Below, one piece after another: positions 52,750 to 62,013 of a stretch of 64,000 nucleotides of DNA; position 1 is the first letter of the stretch, and each line of letters starts with the position of its first letter. The position numbers were made by a program, and so were the translations under genes. The notes under the pieces were generated by a model. That model was not told the DNA's origin and searched no databases. It was given only the letters and a program-made list of their open reading frames with translations. The DNA comes from Phycisphaerales bacterium (lineage in GTDB: Bacteria; Planctomycetota; Phycisphaerae; Phycisphaerales; UBA5793): positions 8,977 to 72,976 of the forward strand of contig JAPKGW010000006.1 in NCBI GenBank assembly GCA_026647365.1, given 5' to 3'.

Positions 52750-53343
52750 TTACGAGTCCGCCCGCTTGAAGGGCCAGCCGAGTTCCGCGAGCACGAAGCG
52801 GCTGATCTCGGGGTTCGAGTTGCGGAAGGAGATGTTGATGTGCATGCCGTGCGAGTGCGTCACCTTGCCCATGTCAATCTCGGGAAAGACGGCCTGCTCG
52901 CTGAATCCGAACGAGTAGTTCCCTTGCTTGTCGAAGGAGGAGTCCTTGAGGCCGCGGAAGTCCTTCACGCGCGGAATGGCGAGGTGGATGATGCGATGGA
53001 GCAGGCTCCACATGCGGTCGCGCCTCACGGTGACCATTGCAGCCGAAGTCGCCCCCTCGCGCACCTTGAAGTTCGCCACCGACTTCTTCGCGGTCAGGAG
53101 CACGGGCTTCTGCCCCGTGATGGTCGAGAGGGTGCCGACGATCGTGTCGCGGACCTCGGGCTTGAGTTTGTTGTTCTCGAGCTGCTTGCCCATGCCGGTG
53201 TTGACGACGACCTTCTCGAGGCGCGGAAGCGCCATCGGGTTGGCGATGCCGAACTTCTCCTTGACCTTGGGGAGAACTTCCTTCTCGAACTTCTCCTGAA
53301 GGGCGGTCCGGGCTCGGGTTGGCGTGGTTGCGGTTGCTGTCAT
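52750..53343 (-). CDS. rplE: 50S ribosomal protein L5
   Basis: [18 protein letters not shown]...ITGQKPV.T.AKKS.A.FK.REG...RG. Confidence 0.94.
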   Translation of the reverse strand: MTATATTPTRARTALQEKFEKEVLPKVKEKFGIANPMALPRLEKVVVNTGMGKQLENNKLKPEVRDTIVGTLSTITGQKPVLLTAKKSVANFKVREGATSAAMVTVRRDRMWSLLHRIIHLAIPRVKDFRGLKDSSFDKQGNYSFGFSEQAVFPEIDMGKVTHSHGMHINISFRNSNPEISRFVLAELGWPFKRADS

Positions 53344-53390
53344 GGTCGTTCATCCAGTCGAATGGGTCGGTCGCGGACACCGTGCCTGGG

Positions 53391-53897
53391 TCAGGTCTTC
53401 CTTCCGGTGCCGGTCTTCTTGGTGCTGCTGGCGGCCTTGCGGCCGGCGGCCTTTCCGCTCCCGGCCTTGGCGGCGCCCTTCTTCGCGCCCGCGCGGGCGC
53501 GGGTGTGCTTCTTCTTCGGTGAGATTCTCCTGGCGTGAGCGGTCCGGGCGCCTGCGGCGCCGTGCGACTCGCGCGGGCCGTGAACCGGTCCGAGTTCCCC
53601 GCCGCCGCGCGCCGCGACGCGCACCTTCGATCCGTCGTCCTTCACAAGAAAGCGGACGCGCGTCGCCCGGCCGTCCACAACGGGACTGACGTTGGAGAGG
53701 TGAATGGGCATCTCGCGCGTGATGACGCCGCCCTGCGGATTGGTCTGCGAAGGCTTGAGGTGCTTGATGCGGGTGTTGAGGCCCTGCACGATCACCGCAC
53801 TGCGCTTGGGAATCACTTTGAGCACGGTGCCGGTGCGGCCGCGGTCGGACCCGGCCGTCACCATCACGGTGTCACCCTTTCGGACATGAGCGGGCAT
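53391..53897 (-). CDS. rplX: 50S ribosomal protein L24 with Lys/Ala/Gly-rich C-terminal extension
   Basis: VRKGDTVMVTAGSDRGRTGTVLKV (KOW motif), plus a ~70-aa basic tail. 168 aa, against my recollection of a typical ~105 aa. Confidence 0.92.
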   Translation of the reverse strand: MPAHVRKGDTVMVTAGSDRGRTGTVLKVIPKRSAVIVQGLNTRIKHLKPSQTNPQGGVITREMPIHLSNVSPVVDGRATRVRFLVKDDGSKVRVAARGGGELGPVHGPRESHGAAGARTAHARRISPKKKHTRARAGAKKGAAKAGSGKAAGRKAASSTKKTGTGRKT

Positions 53898-53899
53898 GG

Positions 53900-54286
53900 T
53901 CAGAGCACCTCCGTGGCGAGCGAGACAATTTTGAGGTAGTTCTTCTCGCGGAGTTCGCGGGCAACGGCGCCGAAGATGCGCGTGCCCTTGGGATTGCCGT
54001 CGTCGTTGATGAGGACGACGGCGGAGTTGTCAAAGCGGATGACCGAACCATCTGGCCGGCGCGTGGGATAGGCGGTGCGGACGACGACGGCCTTCACCTT
54101 GTCGCCGGCCTTCACGTCGCCGCCGGGCAGCGCCTTCTTGACGGCGCAGATGACGCGGTCGCCCACCCCCGCGGTGCGGCGGGTGAAACGGCCTTTGGCC
54201 GTCGATCCACCGAGCACGCGGATGATGTAGGCGATCTTGGCGCCGGTGTTGTCCGCGACTTCGACTCGTGCTTCTTGCTGGAGCAT
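53900..54286 (-). CDS. rplN: 50S ribosomal protein L14
   Basis: [17 protein letters not shown]...GDVKAGD.VKAVVVR...IRFD.NA.V. Confidence 0.95.
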   Translation of the reverse strand: MLQQEARVEVADNTGAKIAYIIRVLGGSTAKGRFTRRTAGVGDRVICAVKKALPGGDVKAGDKVKAVVVRTAYPTRRPDGSVIRFDNSAVVLINDDGNPKGTRIFGAVARELREKNYLKIVSLATEVL

Positions 54287-54347
54287 GACTTGATCCGTTC
54301 CGTCTCAAACCGCCGGTCCGTGGACCGCACGGCAACCTCGAGCGCCG

Positions 54348-54665
54348 TTACTGGGCGAGGGCCTGACCCTCATCGTGCAGCCGAACCTCCGCCACCGCCG
54401 AGGCGACCACCCGCACGACCTTCCAGCGCTTGGTCTTGCTCATCGGACGGCAGGGCATGATCTCCACGCGGTCCCCCAATGCGCTGACGTTGGCCTCATC
54501 GTGTACCGTGCGGTAGGCGCGGCGGCGGATGATCTTTCCGTACTTCGGATGGCGCACCTGGAACTCGATGCAGACACGGCGCGTCTTGTCGGTCGAGGCG
54601 CGGTCGACGATCCCCTCTTCGAGAGGACGGACGCGCCGGCGCGGGATGGCGACTTTCGTACTCAT
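54348..54665 (-). CDS. rpsQ: 30S ribosomal protein S17
   Basis: GIVDRASTDKTRRVCIEFQVRHPKYGKIIRRRAYRTVHDE. The ATG overlaps the rpmC stop (ATGA). Confidence 0.93.
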   Translation of the reverse strand: MSTKVAIPRRRVRPLEEGIVDRASTDKTRRVCIEFQVRHPKYGKIIRRRAYRTVHDEANVSALGDRVEIMPCRPMSKTKRWKVVRVVASAVAEVRLHDEGQALAQ

Positions 54666-54868
54666 GCCTGGGACTGCCTTTCGATCTCGCGGCGACGACG
54701 CTCGGTCAACAGGCGAGCCACGTCGCGGCGCACCTTGCCGAACTGGGAAGAATCCTCGGTTTTCTCGGTAACGGCCTGCGTGCGCAGGTCGAAGAGGTGC
54801 CGGCGCAGGCGGACGACCTCCTCCTTCACTTCCTCATCGCTCAACTTGTGTGCTTCCTTGGCCTTCAT
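54662..54868 (-). CDS. rpmC: 50S ribosomal protein L29
   Basis: MKAKEAHKLSDEEVKEEVVRLRRHLFDLR. 68 aa, in syntenic position. Confidence 0.92.
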   Translation of the reverse strand: MKAKEAHKLSDEEVKEEVVRLRRHLFDLRTQAVTEKTEDSSQFGKVRRDVARLLTERRRREIERQSQA

Positions 54869-54922
54869 GTGTTCATTCCATGTGTTCGGGCGGTCCAGGC
54901 CGCTCCGGGGTTCGTCGGTTCG

Positions 54923-55342
54923 TCAGACCGTCAGGCGCCTCGCGATCATGCGGCAGCGGACGGGCATCTTCATGGCGACGCGGGCGAGGGCGCCCTGCGC
55001 TGCTTCGTGGGGCACGCCGGCGATCTCGATGAGCACCGTGCCCGGCTTGACGCGCGCGGCCCAGTACTCCGTTTCCGCCTTGCCCTTGCCCATGCGCGTC
55101 TCGATGGGCTTCTTCGAGATCGGCTTGTCAGGGAAGACGCGAATGAAGACCTTGCCCTCGCGCTGGAGGAAGTGGGAGCAGGCGACGCGGCCCGCTTCGA
55201 GTTGCCGGGCGCTGACCCAGGCGTGTTCGAGGGACTGAAGCCCGAAGTCGCCGTAGGCCACGTAGTTGCCGGCCGTCGCGTTGCCGCGCAGCCGCCCGCG
55301 CTGCTGCTTGCGGAACTTGGTTCTCTTGGGCATCCGGGGCAT
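54923..55342 (-). CDS. rplP: 50S ribosomal protein L16
   Basis: MPKRTKFRKQQRGR...GDFGLQSLE..W.SARQLEA.R.A. Confidence 0.95.
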   Translation of the reverse strand: MPRMPKRTKFRKQQRGRLRGNATAGNYVAYGDFGLQSLEHAWVSARQLEAGRVACSHFLQREGKVFIRVFPDKPISKKPIETRMGKGKAETEYWAARVKPGTVLIEIAGVPHEAAQGALARVAMKMPVRCRMIARRLTV

Positions 55343-55414
55343 CGGGGTTCATCCTTCCATTCGTCTCGTCGCGCGGGGCGCATGCCCGACGCGCATCGTC
55401 ACTTCTCAATTCAA

Positions 55415-56113
55415 TCAGCGTCGCCCGCGCGCGCGGGCCCTTCCGCCCGCGGCCGTCGATTCCGCCTCTTCCGTTGCTTCGTAGAGTCCCTTGTAGACCC
55501 ACACTTTCACGCCGATCGTCCCCGACTTGGTGAAACTCGGCGCGAAGCCGTAATCCACATTGGCCTGGAGCGTCTGAAGGGGAATGGAACCGAGGCTTAC
55601 GGTGAGCGTGCGGCTCATTTCGGCGCCTCCGAGGCGTCCTGAGACCGTGATCTTGACGCCCTTGGCTCCGGCCTGCATCGCCCCCTCGGCCCTCATCTTG
55701 AGAATGCGGCGGAAACTGGCACGCTTCTTCAACTGCTCGGCAATCCCCTCAGCGATCAGCTTGGCGTTCGTATCGGGGCTCTTGATCTCGACGATCTTGA
55801 TCGAGACCTGCCGGCCGGTCATGGTCTGAAGATCCTGCTGGAGTTTCTCGACCTCGGCGCCGCGCGGCCCGATGACCAGCCCGGGGCGAGCCGTCTTGAG
55901 GACGATCGAGAGTTCCTGCCGCGTCCGCTCGATGTGAATCTCCGAGACGGCGGCGAAGGGGGGCGTGCGGTTGAGGCGCTTGTCCACATATTCGCGGATG
56001 CGGTAGTCCTCGACGAGCAGCTCGCCGTAGAGCGCCTTGGGCGCATACCAGCGGCTTCGATGCGGCTCGGTGATGCCGACGCGGAATCCGAGAGGATGAC
56101 ACTTCTGTCCCAT
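55415..56113 (-). CDS. rpsC: 30S ribosomal protein S3
   Basis: MGQKCHPLGFRVGI...W.SRWYA, a KH domain, and GRLGGAEMSR. Confidence 0.96.
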   Translation of the reverse strand: MGQKCHPLGFRVGITEPHRSRWYAPKALYGELLVEDYRIREYVDKRLNRTPPFAAVSEIHIERTRQELSIVLKTARPGLVIGPRGAEVEKLQQDLQTMTGRQVSIKIVEIKSPDTNAKLIAEGIAEQLKKRASFRRILKMRAEGAMQAGAKGVKITVSGRLGGAEMSRTLTVSLGSIPLQTLQANVDYGFAPSFTKSGTIGVKVWVYKGLYEATEEAESTAAGGRARARGRR

Positions 56114-56193
56114 GGTTGACTCAGTCCGTTTCGGGGCAGTTCGCCCCGCGTCTCATTGGGCCGGCCGGCGCGGTGCGCCGGAGCGGCGGTTTG

Positions 56194-56727
56194 CTACGCC
56201 TCCGCCACTGCCACGCGCACGTGGCTGGTTCGTTTCATGATGGGGTGCGCCCGCCCGCGGTCCTTGGGCTGGAAGCGCTTCATCGTCGGTCCCGCGTCCA
56301 CGCGCGACTCGCGGACGACCAGGCGCGTGACATCGGCGTCGTTGTCTGCAGCCGACGCGATCGCCGACTCAAGGGCCTTTCGCACGAAGATCGCCGCTCG
56401 CTTGCGGCTGAACTTGAGCATCGTCAGGGCGGTGTCGATGTCGCGCCCCCGGATGAGGTCGGAGAGCAACCGGACCTTTCGCGGGGAGATGCGAGCCCAC
56501 TTGTGCGTGCCGTCAAAGTCCGCGATCTCGCCCACGCCGACATTCAATGCGGCGGCGAGCGCGCGGATGTCCTCGCGGCGGGGCGCGGGCTTGAAGTTGC
56601 CCTTCGTCCAGTTGCGGACGGCGGAGAGCGCGTTGATCCCCGGCCGGCGAAGCACCGACGCGAGTTGGGAGTCGCCGGCCCCCGAGGCCTTCACTCTCTC
56701 CCGGAATCGTTGTGCGTTGAGAATCAT
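56194..56727 (-). CDS. rplV: 50S ribosomal protein L22 with ~65-aa HTH-like N-terminal extension
   Basis: Core ARISPRKVRLLSDLIRGRDIDTALTMLKFS..KRAA..V.K.L.SA.ANA...RV.V is L22. The ATG at 56727 lies 25 nt after rpsS, and GC3 bias is continuous through the extension. Confidence 0.9.
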   Translation of the reverse strand: MILNAQRFRERVKASGAGDSQLASVLRRPGINALSAVRNWTKGNFKPAPRREDIRALAAALNVGVGEIADFDGTHKWARISPRKVRLLSDLIRGRDIDTALTMLKFSRKRAAIFVRKALESAIASAADNDADVTRLVVRESRVDAGPTMKRFQPKDRGRAHPIMKRTSHVRVAVAEA

Positions 56728-56752
56728 GTGGTCCCAGCCTCTGCGCTCGGTC

Positions 56753-57043
56753 TCAGGCCTTGGCGCCCGAGACGATGCCTTCCTTCTTGTTGGTATGGCC
56801 GCGGAACTGGCGGGTCGGGCTGAACTCGCCGAGTTTGTGGCCCACCATGTCTTCCGTCACGAATACGTCGAGGAACGTGCGACCGTTGTGCACCTTGAAC
56901 GTGTGCCCCACGAACTCGGGGACGATGGTGCAGCGGCGCGACCAGGTCCTGATCGGCTCGCGCCGGCCGGACTGCGACATCCGCATCACCTTCACGAAGA
57001 GATGCTCTTCGACGAACGGCCCTTTTTTCAATGAACGAGCCAT
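56753..57043 (-). CDS. rpsS: 30S ribosomal protein S19
   Basis: [15 protein letters not shown]...[25 protein letters not shown]. Confidence 0.96.
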   Translation of the reverse strand: MARSLKKGPFVEEHLFVKVMRMSQSGRREPIRTWSRRCTIVPEFVGHTFKVHNGRTFLDVFVTEDMVGHKLGEFSPTRQFRGHTNKKEGIVSGAKA

Positions 57044-57055
57044 GATTCACGCTCC

Positions 57056-57910
57056 TCACAAAGTCAACTGGCCGTATCGCTTGCTGCGACGGCGCCGAAT
57101 GATCCGCTTGGTCGAGGCGAGTTTGCGCTTGCGCGTGCGCCCACCCTTGGCGAAGACGCCTGTCTTGCCTGCGGGCGCGCGTCCGCCCTTGGACTTGCCC
57201 TCGCCCCCGCCCAGCGGGTGGTCGTAGTGATTGCGCACCATGCCGCGCGTCTTGGGCTTGCGCCCGCGGTGCCGGCTGCGGCCGGCCTTGCCCAGCCGCA
57301 CCTGCTGATGATCCGTGTTTCCAACCTCGCCGATCGTGGCGCGACACTCGACCGACACCTGCCGGATCTCGCCCGAAGGCATCACCAGCGTGGCCCACTT
57401 CTCCTCGCGGTTGGTCAGGCGGGCGGACATGCCCGCGGCGCGGCAGAGTTGCCCGCCCTTGCCCGGCACCATCTCAAGACAGTGCACGTTCAGGCCGGTG
57501 GGGATGAACTTGAGCGGCATGCAGTTACCGACCTTGGGCTCAATGCGCTCGCGGCTGCTGAGCAGGACTTCGCCGTCCCTGATTCCCCTGGGGGCAATGA
57601 TGTAGCGCCGCTCGCCGCCGGCGTACTCCAGCAGAGCAAGGTGGGCAGAGCGGTTGGGGTCGTACTCGACGCCGACGACCTTGGCAGGCACATCGTCGAT
57701 GTGCCGCTTCCAGTCAATGGCGCGATAGCGGCGCTTGTGCCCTCCGCCGCGGCCCCACACGGTAATCTTGCCCTGGTTGTTGCGCCCGGCCGACTTCGTG
57801 TAATGGCGCAGCAGCGACTTCTCCGGCGTGTGCTTGGTCACTTCCGCATGGACGTTGACGGAAGAGTTCCGTCGCCCGGCGCTGGTTCGTTTGTAAACTC
57901 GAATCGGCAT
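57056..57910 (-). CDS. rplB: 50S ribosomal protein L2
   Basis: ATG at 57910 gives MPIRVYKRTSAGRR (ORF track TTG at 57916). GRNN.G.IT.W.RGGGHKR.YR.IDF and MVRNH.DHP.GGGEG are present. Confidence 0.95.
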   Translation of the reverse strand: MPIRVYKRTSAGRRNSSVNVHAEVTKHTPEKSLLRHYTKSAGRNNQGKITVWGRGGGHKRRYRAIDWKRHIDDVPAKVVGVEYDPNRSAHLALLEYAGGERRYIIAPRGIRDGEVLLSSRERIEPKVGNCMPLKFIPTGLNVHCLEMVPGKGGQLCRAAGMSARLTNREEKWATLVMPSGEIRQVSVECRATIGEVGNTDHQQVRLGKAGRSRHRGRKPKTRGMVRNHYDHPLGGGEGKSKGGRAPAGKTGVFAKGGRTRKRKLASTKRIIRRRRSKRYGQLTL

Positions 57911-57964
57911 GGTCAAGCCCTTGTCGCACCTCCGCGGTCGCCGATGCGACCCGGAGCCGTTTCC

Positions 57965-58240
57965 TCAGAACAGTTCGATCCGGTCCTCCGCGTGAACGCG
58001 CACGATCGCTTTTCGCAGGTCGCTGGTGCGCGTGTAACCCAGGCGCGTGCGGCGGATCTTGCCCGGGCGCCGGGCGGTGTTCACCGCGACGACTCGCACC
58101 TTGTAGAGTTCCTCAACCGCCCGCTTGATGTCCTGCTTGCTGGCGCCGCGATCAACCTCGAACACGTAACGGTTCTGCTCCTGGGCCGTCGTATTCTTCT
58201 CGGTTACCAGCGGTCGTCGTATCACGATGGTGGCGTCCAT
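57965..58240 (-). CDS. rplW: 50S ribosomal protein L23
   Basis: [11 protein letters not shown]......YVFEV...A.K.DIK.AVE.LY.V.V..VNT. The ATG shares one base with the rplD TGA. Confidence 0.93.
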   Translation of the reverse strand: MDATIVIRRPLVTEKNTTAQEQNRYVFEVDRGASKQDIKRAVEELYKVRVVAVNTARRPGKIRRTRLGYTRTSDLRKAIVRVHAEDRIELF

Positions 58241-58917
58241 CAGCGGCCTCCTTTCGTGGCGGCGCTGCGGTTCTTCGCTTCGCCCGTACAGTGGCTGCCG
58301 TCGAGAAAGGCCTGGAGATTCGCCTTCTCGATCACGAGGTAGCGATGGTTGAGCAGTTCAAACGCGTTCAACTGCTCCCACCGGATCGTGTCCACTCCGT
58401 CAAGGTTGCGGGCGCTTCGGCGAGCGTTGACGTTCTTTGAGTCCAGCGCGACGAGGCAGGAGCGGTCAATGCCCACCTTGTCGAGCAGGCTCTTGAACTC
58501 GGCCGTCTTGGGCGCCTCAAAGTCGATGCGGTCGATGATCTTGATTTCCTGATCGACGGCTTTGGCGAGCAGGGCGTTGCGATTGGCGAGGCGACGCATC
58601 TTGCGAGGCATATCCTTGCGGAAGTCCTCGCCGGTGCGCGTCTTGGCGAAGGCGACGCCGCCGCCTTTCATGACGTTGGTGCGCACGGTGCCGCGGCGGG
58701 CGTTGCCCGTGCCTTTCTGCTTGAAAAGTTTGCGCGTTGAGCCTTCGACGCGGGAGCGGTTCTTCGTGCGCGCCGACCCCTGCCGGCGGTTGGCGTGCGA
58801 TCGCACGTAGGCCTGCTTGAGCAGTGCGGGGCGGATTTCGCCGCCGAGCAGAGCCTCGTTGACACTGAATGTGTCAACCTGCTTTCCCTTCAGATCATAA
58901 ACAGGCAGTTCGATCAT
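58240..58917 (-). CDS. rplD: 50S ribosomal protein L4
   Basis: [32 protein letters not shown]....GGGVAF. In syntenic position. Confidence 0.94.
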   Translation of the reverse strand: MIELPVYDLKGKQVDTFSVNEALLGGEIRPALLKQAYVRSHANRRQGSARTKNRSRVEGSTRKLFKQKGTGNARRGTVRTNVMKGGGVAFAKTRTGEDFRKDMPRKMRRLANRNALLAKAVDQEIKIIDRIDFEAPKTAEFKSLLDKVGIDRSCLVALDSKNVNARRSARNLDGVDTIRWEQLNAFELLNHRYLVIEKANLQAFLDGSHCTGEAKNRSAATKGGR

Positions 58918-59164
58918 GATGGTGTTTCCTGGCCTTCCAACCGTGCCGCGCCGACAGGGGCCGGCGCACAGGGGTTGAAGACTCGTTTCGCCTATCCTCC
59001 GACGCCATCCATTGATGTTCCGGCGTGGCAGGAATCGACTCGGTTCGCTGCTGCTTGAGCCGCACCACTTTCTGTCGTCGCCGGGCAGTACCCTTCAGTC
59101 GTCGGGCTTCTCCGGCCGGGGGGGACGCTCGCCCCGCCCGCAATCATTCAATCACTCGCCTGGG

Positions 59165-59854
59165 TCAGTGTTTCTTCTTGCCGCTCGCCTGCAGTTGCTT
59201 GGAGCGGCCGAGACGCCGCGAAGTGCGGACGAAGAGTAGGCCGCCATTCGGCCCGGGAACAGCCCCCTTGACCAGCAAAATGTTCCGCTCCGGCTGGATC
59301 TCGACCACGTCGAGGTTCCGCGCCGTGACACGTTCAGCCCCCATGTGGCCGGCCATCTTCTTGCCCTTCTTGGGCTTGGGACCCGTGCCGCGATTGGTCG
59401 CATGGCCGGCGATCGAGCCGGGCGAGCGGTGCTTGCGCTCCGTTCCGTGAGAAGCGCACAGACCCTTGAAGTTGTGTCGCTTCATCGTTCCCTGGAAACC
59501 CTTGCCCTTGCTGACGCCGATCACATCCACGAACTTCGTGTCCGCGAAGACTTCAACGGTCAGCGCCTGTCCCAACTCGGCGTCGCCGGCGTCCTCATCA
59601 AGCCGGATTTCACGATGGTGCTTCTTGGGAGTGAGGCCGGCCTTGGCGTCGTGGCCGATGAGCGGCATTGTTGTGCGTCCCGGCTCCACGTCCTCGAAGG
59701 CGATCTGAATCGCGCTGTAGCCGTGGTCGTCCTTCGACTTGATCTGCGAAACGTAGCACGGCCCCGCCTGAATGACCGTTACAGGGATATTCCTTCCCTC
59801 CTCGGTGAAGTAGCGGGTCATGCCGATCTTTCGGCCCAGCAGTGCCTTGCTCAT
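59165..59854 (-). CDS. rplC: 50S ribosomal protein L3
   Basis: ATG at 59854 gives [33 protein letters not shown] and PGSIG......[12 protein letters not shown] are present. Confidence 0.95.
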   Translation of the reverse strand: MSKALLGRKIGMTRYFTEEGRNIPVTVIQAGPCYVSQIKSKDDHGYSAIQIAFEDVEPGRTTMPLIGHDAKAGLTPKKHHREIRLDEDAGDAELGQALTVEVFADTKFVDVIGVSKGKGFQGTMKRHNFKGLCASHGTERKHRSPGSIAGHATNRGTGPKPKKGKKMAGHMGAERVTARNLDVVEIQPERNILLVKGAVPGPNGGLLFVRTSRRLGRSKQLQASGKKKH

Positions 59855-60045
59855 GGCGACGTTGCTCCGTCTCGGGTCAGAGGTTGCGCGGGAGGAGTCG
59901 GCGAACGATCGCCGCTGTCGCCGGGCAACATGGCCGGTGCTGAAAACTTCCTGTCTTTCCGGGTGATCGACGCCGCCGCGGCGGAATCGACCGGCCCACC
60001 AATGCAATCGGCCGCCCTCTCAGGCGACCGCAGCGAGAACTCGTA

Positions 60046-60354
60046 TCACGCTTTGATCTTCACGAAAACACCCGCCGGGACAACGAGGCGATTGAGCGCT
60101 TCGACCGTGCGGGCATTGGGTTCCTGGATGTCAATGATGCGCTTGTGTGTGCGGATCTCAAACTGCTCGCGGGACTTCTTGTCGATGTGCGGCCCGCGCA
60201 GCACGGTGTAACGCTCGATGCGCGTGGGCAGCGGAATCGGGCCCGACACGCGGGCGCCGGTGCGCTTGGCGTGATCGACGATCTCGCGGGCCGAGGCGTC
60301 AAGCGCCTGGTGGTCGTAGGCTTCCATGCGGATTCGAATCTTGGCTTCAGTCAT
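60046..60354 (-). CDS. rpsJ: 30S ribosomal protein S10
   Basis: ATG at 60354 gives [19 protein letters not shown]......I......[11 protein letters not shown]...[26 protein letters not shown]. Confidence 0.95.
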   Translation of the reverse strand: MTEAKIRIRMEAYDHQALDASAREIVDHAKRTGARVSGPIPLPTRIERYTVLRGPHIDKKSREQFEIRTHKRIIDIQEPNARTVEALNRLVVPAGVFVKIKA

Positions 60355-60506
60355 TGAGTCACCTGGGATCAACTGGAATCATTCAACTGCGACATCGGAG
60401 ACGGCCCGCTTGCGCCGCTTCCCCGCCGCCGGCCCGCACATCTGCCTGGCCCACCACTCCCGGATTGCGCCCGCCCCCATGGCCGGCGCGCGGTGAAAAG
60501 TCCCAC

Positions 60507-60534
60507 AGTATACGATTCCGCCTTGACCGGTCAA
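60507..60534 (-). promoter_or_regulatory. Sigma70-like promoter of the S10 operon
   Basis: Minus strand TTGACC (60534..60529), 16-nt spacer, TATACT (60512..60507). It would give a ~150-nt leader before rpsJ. The -35 lies inside the 12-nt palindrome TTGACCGGTCAA. Confidence 0.5.
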
Positions 60535-60645
60535 CTGCGTTGATTCGGGGGCATCGAAGCACACGAAGGGCGGATTGGTTCCCGGCGCGGGAGCGGCGGG
60601 GCGTTGAATCAGGCACGCAACCTCCACCTCCCTGACGCATGCCCC

Positions 60646-62013
60646 TCATGCCTGGCGCGGCGGATGGGCCTCGGGAAACCTCAGCGTGAATGTCGCACCC
60701 GCGCCCGGGCGGCTTTCCACCTCCAGCCGGCCGCCATGACGCTCCACGAGACGGTACGAGATTGAAAGACCAAGGCCCGTCCCCTTGCCAACTGGTTTGG
60801 TCGTAAAGAACGGCTCGAAAATTCGGCTGAGGTGCTCCGGCGCGATTCCTGTCCCAGTGTCGGTTACGCGGAGCACCACGCAGCCGTGATCTCGGCTTGC
60901 AGCAAATGTGAGCACGGGATCGGGCGCCTCGGCCATCGCGTCGATCGCGTTGATTGCCAGGTTCACGAGCACCTGCTGCATCGCGAGGGGCAGGGTGCAG
61001 GTGCGCGCCAGCGGCTCGGGCACATCACGCACGATGCGCACGCGGTCGAGGCGGCGGTCGAGATCGACGACCTGGATCACGCGATCGATGAGTTGCCCGA
61101 GCGGGATGGGCGTGCCCGAGGGCGAGTCGGGCCGCGCGAATGAGGTCATCTGTCGCACGATCGTGTGGATGCGTTCGATCTGCTGGCGGAGCGTGAGGAG
61201 GGCGCCGGAGCGTGGGGCTTCCGGGTTGCGCTGCATCAGCTGGAGAACGCTGTCCATCGAGGCAAGGGGGTTGGCGATCTCGTGGGCCAGTCCGGCGGCC
61301 ATCTGCCCCAGGGCGACCATCTTCTCGTGCTGAACCATCGCCTGCTGCTGATCGCGCAGGCGGCGCGACATTTCGAGGATGCGGCCGTGGTGCACGAGGA
61401 CGCGGCGCTCATCGTCGCGCAGGCGACGCGTGATGCGGTTGACGATCAGGACAGTGACGTAGAGGGTGAGGACGAGGCCGGCGGCCTGGAGCCACTCGTC
61501 CCGAGTTGCCGGCGCCTCGCCCGCCAGGGCCAGAAGAGCAAGAAGGAGAGCGGCGGCGAGCGTCGCGGCGGCGCACGCCATGATCGGGCCCAGCAGCAGG
61601 CTCGCAAAGACCATGTGAAAGACGAAGAAGCCGGTCATCGGGCTGCTCAATCCGCCGGTCCACAACACGAGAAGGGACAGCATGAGCAGGTCAACGGCGA
61701 TCTGGGTCCATATGACGGCCAGGAGCCGCCGCGGCCGGCGCAGAAGCGCTGCGCCCCGGCGAACCCACTGCTGGATTGCGGCGTTGGCGGCAAGAAGCGC
61801 TGCGCCGACCAGTATCCCGCGCCAGGTGTTCGGAAACCACCCGAGAATCTGCCAGTCAATTACCGACCCGGCAAGGACCAGCGCTCCCGCGATCCAGCGC
61901 AGCGTCATGAACCAGCGCACCTGCTGCACGAGGAGGCGAGGATGCGCCGCACCTGAAGCCGTACTCGATCGAACGATCCTGGATGCGTGCTGCTGCAAGA
62001 GCCGATCACTCAC
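60646..62013 (-). CDS. Sensor histidine kinase with multi-TM membrane-embedded N-terminal domain (HisKA + HATPase_c)
   Basis: H box [13 protein letters not shown] box [13 protein letters not shown] boxes DTGTGI and GKGTGLGLS. About 6 TM segments at the N-terminus. The GTG start overlaps the upstream stop (GTGA). Confidence 0.9.
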   Translation of the reverse strand: MSDRLLQQHASRIVRSSTASGAAHPRLLVQQVRWFMTLRWIAGALVLAGSVIDWQILGWFPNTWRGILVGAALLAANAAIQQWVRRGAALLRRPRRLLAVIWTQIAVDLLMLSLLVLWTGGLSSPMTGFFVFHMVFASLLLGPIMACAAATLAAALLLALLALAGEAPATRDEWLQAAGLVLTLYVTVLIVNRITRRLRDDERRVLVHHGRILEMSRRLRDQQQAMVQHEKMVALGQMAAGLAHEIANPLASMDSVLQLMQRNPEAPRSGALLTLRQQIERIHTIVRQMTSFARPDSPSGTPIPLGQLIDRVIQVVDLDRRLDRVRIVRDVPEPLARTCTLPLAMQQVLVNLAINAIDAMAEAPDPVLTFAASRDHGCVVLRVTDTGTGIAPEHLSRIFEPFFTTKPVGKGTGLGLSISYRLVERHGGRLEVESRPGAGATFTLRFPEAHPPRQA

